From a virus, in the UHGV virus genome UHGV-0377591: a DNA stretch of 44,209 nucleotides; one strand, written 5' to 3'. The notes beneath the pieces were generated by a model, which saw only the letters and a list, made by a program, of their open reading frames with translations, ran no database searches and had not been told where the DNA came from. The position numbers were made by a program, and so were the translations under genes. This document shows positions 42,013 to 44,209 of this stretch, piece by piece (position 1 is the stretch's first letter; every line of letters starts with the position of its first letter).

Positions 42013-44209
42013 ATGTCCGATGTAATTTTATCCTACTCGTGGTCACGTCGCAACGCGCGGGCAGAGAAAAAGGATATAAACGTCAGAACCACACACACGG
42101 CAACACTGGACGACCTGAAAGAGCTAATTCAGCCGCTTGATGCTGTTCGTGACGGAATTAACCCGAAGACCGCGCCGGGGTATATCACTGCCGCGTGTGA
42201 CTCTACGCACAGCACCGTAAAAGACCCTGAAACCGCTGACTTTAAGCAAGCACGTAAAGGCTTCTTCTATCGCTGCGACGCGTCTGTAAGCAAATCGTCG
42301 CTCGCCTATCTGGACTTCGACAGCGCAACACCGGAAGAGTATCAGGAAGCTGTGCGCCTGGTTAAGCGCAGCCGCCTGGCTATGTGCCTCTACACCACGG
42401 CATCCCATACCGATGAGTCACCACGCTTTCGCGTCGTCATGCCGATGGCCCGTCCTGTTGAGGGTGGTGACATCATCCGTGTTCGTCATGGCTTGCTTGA
42501 GCACTTCTTCAAAGGCATGGGCGCTGACCGCAGCGGGTTTACTCTGTCACAACCGATGTACCTGCCGCCGGTTGGCTCTACGGTTATCTGGTCGCGCCGC
42601 AACGACCTGATTGACCCGGACGAGTTACTGGAAGGTATCCCCGCCGTTGACGTTAGCAGCGCATCGGATTACCAGATACCGGAAGAACTGCGTACCGCGT
42701 TTACTGATGCGTTTGAGGCGCTGGCGTTTGAGTACGGCGGTGTTATGACGCCCCGCGGCCTTAAGATGCCAGCTACGCCGGAACATGCAGAAAATTACAG
42801 CGACCCTACGCCGCGGCCGGACGACTTCCTGCTGTGCTTCCCGCGCGAGGGCTACGAAGCGCCGAACGTAACCATGATCCACGACACTGACATTACGGCA
42901 ACCGAAGGCATGTCGCCGAAAGAGGTGTGGAAGTATGCGTGTGATGCGACCGGGCTGCCGTTCAGTGAAGTCGCCGAGGCTATCGGATGGGGTGCGCGTG
43001 AATCTGTTTCATGCAGCCTGGACGACCTGGAAGACGATGATGGCTCAGAGGAGGACGAGCTACCGGAACCGGTAAAGGCTGATTTCGTCGTTGAAGGTTA
43101 TATGCCGTCAGACTGCATCTGGGATATCGTCGGGGAGTCGGGCACATACAAATCGTTCTATACGCTGGGGATGATGTATCTTAGCGCCGCCGGATACCGG
43201 TTCGCCGGGGCGGACACCCAGCGTTGCCATCACTTCTATATCGACGGTGAGGGTGGCGCGGCTACACGCACACGTATTGACGCACTCGCGGCTAAATACG
43301 GCGAGGAAGGTAAAGATTATGTACATGTCATCGACATGGGCGAAGTCGGAAAACTGAAAAGCCTGATTAAGTTAATGCGCGAAACTGCGGGGGATGAACC
43401 TATTGGCATGGTTGCGTTTGACACCCTCAACCAGACGCTGGCCCTGACGATCGATAAGTTCGACGAGAACAGCTCATCAACGGCAATCGGTATGGGTAAA
43501 GTTATCGCCATCCTGAAAGAAGTACGCGACGCAACTAAAGCTGCGGTGGGTGTTGTCCACCATACACCGAAGGGCGGAAAGAAAGCCCGTGGTAGCGGGG
43601 CACTGTATGCTGGCGTCGACGTGGAACTGACAATCGAACGTGCAACCGTCCGCCAGATAAACGTATACCACTCTAAATTCAAACATGGGCCTCAACAGAA
43701 AACGGTTGGCATGGTGCTGGAGTCTGTACAGTTCCGTGAAGCACCACCGCCGAAAGAGTACCGTGCTGTCGAGTTCCTGGGTAGCACAGAGGAGTACGGC
43801 ACAATCGTAAACCTGGACCTGCCTGAGCCGCACAAGGCGCTTGTGCTGATGCCGTGGGGCTTCGAGCCGTTCAAGACTGACGAGGAGAAAGAGCGGGAAG
43901 AAGGGCTGACAAAGGAAGGTAAAGAAAACGTAAAGAATGCTGTAAAACGTGGGAAGGATGAAGGGCGTAAGGAATCGATACTCGCCGCGCTTGAAGACCT
44001 GCAACAGTCAGATGACACAGGTCGCGGTTTTACTCAGCAGCAGATAGTGGCCCGTTCCGGTGACTTTTCTGTGACTAACACCCATCTTGATAAAATGCTG
44101 AAAGATGGTGAACTAATGCTAGGCTGTGATGCTAATGGCGAAGTAGTACCGAGAACGTATCGTATGCCTGAAAGAATAGGGGATAGACTAAGACCGAAGA
44201 CAATATACG
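42013..44209 (+). CDS. Primase/helicase: AEP (Prim-Pol) N-terminal domain plus RecA-like helicase domain; 3'-truncated by the window edge
   Basis: Open frame from ATG 42013 to the window end (732 codons; absent from the track because it has no stop). AEP-like LAYLDFDS and TASHTDE; Walker A IVGESGTYKS; Walker B MVAFDTLN. Confidence 0.8.
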   Translation, partial: MSDVILSYSWSRRNARAEKKDINVRTTHTATLDDLKELIQPLDAVRDGINPKTAPGYITAACDSTHSTVKDPETADFKQARKGFFYRCDASVSKSSLAYLDFDSATPEEYQEAVRLVKRSRLAMCLYTTASHTDESPRFRVVMPMARPVEGGDIIRVRHGLLEHFFKGMGADRSGFTLSQPMYLPPVGSTVIWSRRNDLIDPDELLEGIPAVDVSSASDYQIPEELRTAFTDAFEALAFEYGGVMTPRGLKMPATPEHAENYSDPTPRPDDFLLCFPREGYEAPNVTMIHDTDITATEGMSPKEVWKYACDATGLPFSEVAEAIGWGARESVSCSLDDLEDDDGSEEDELPEPVKADFVVEGYMPSDCIWDIVGESGTYKSFYTLGMMYLSAAGYRFAGADTQRCHHFYIDGEGGAATRTRIDALAAKYGEEGKDYVHVIDMGEVGKLKSLIKLMRETAGDEPIGMVAFDTLNQTLALTIDKFDENSSSTAIGMGKVIAILKEVRDATKAAVGVVHHTPKGGKKARGSGALYAGVDVELTIERATVRQINVYHSKFKHGPQQKTVGMVLESVQFREAPPPKEYRAVEFLGSTEEYGTIVNLDLPEPHKALVLMPWGFEPFKTDEEKEREEGLTKEGKENVKNAVKRGKDEGRKESILAALEDLQQSDDTGRGFTQQQIVARSGDFSVTNTHLDKMLKDGELMLGCDANGEVVPRTYRMPERIGDRLRPKTIY

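Noticed and set aside
1-44209. CRISPR array, integrase or other lysogeny module
   Set aside because: No regularly spaced direct repeats with unique spacers, and no tyrosine/serine recombinase-like ORF; the only repeats are the short tandem and promoter/operator elements listed.

Overview
The window reads as a near-complete, possibly complete and circularly permuted, ~44 kb genome of a tailed siphovirus-type phage with enterobacteria-like composition. All calls are from reading the sequence and the six-frame track by eye; no searches were run, and family names are recalled from memory. Layout: (1) 66-8348, a divergent XRE-type HTH gene followed by a rightward early/replication operon (acidic protein, Cas4-like Fe-S exonuclease, HNH endonuclease, SSB-like protein, family A DNA polymerase, VRR-NUC nuclease, SF2 helicase). 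(2) 8379-34594, a leftward late operon (small and large terminase, portal, head morphogenesis protein, scaffold, major capsid, neck proteins, major tail protein, G/T chaperones, tape measure, tail-tip proteins, J-like protein, SGNH-esterase tail fibre), interrupted by two rightward promoter-gene-terminator inserts and a displaced spanin pair. (3) 34805-41056, a leftward block of small translationally coupled genes containing holin/endolysin and an HslV-like peptidase. (4) 41493-44209, a rightward HTH gene and an AEP primase/helicase that runs off the right edge and appears to finish in frame at the left edge. The most interesting candidates are the HslV/proteasome-beta-like peptidase, a three-gene nucleic-acid end-processing cassette whose HAD phosphatase carries an in-frame TGA, and a genome-wide AATAG-N4-CTATT operator embedded in two classes of sigma70-like promoters. 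No integrase, tRNA or CRISPR array was seen.
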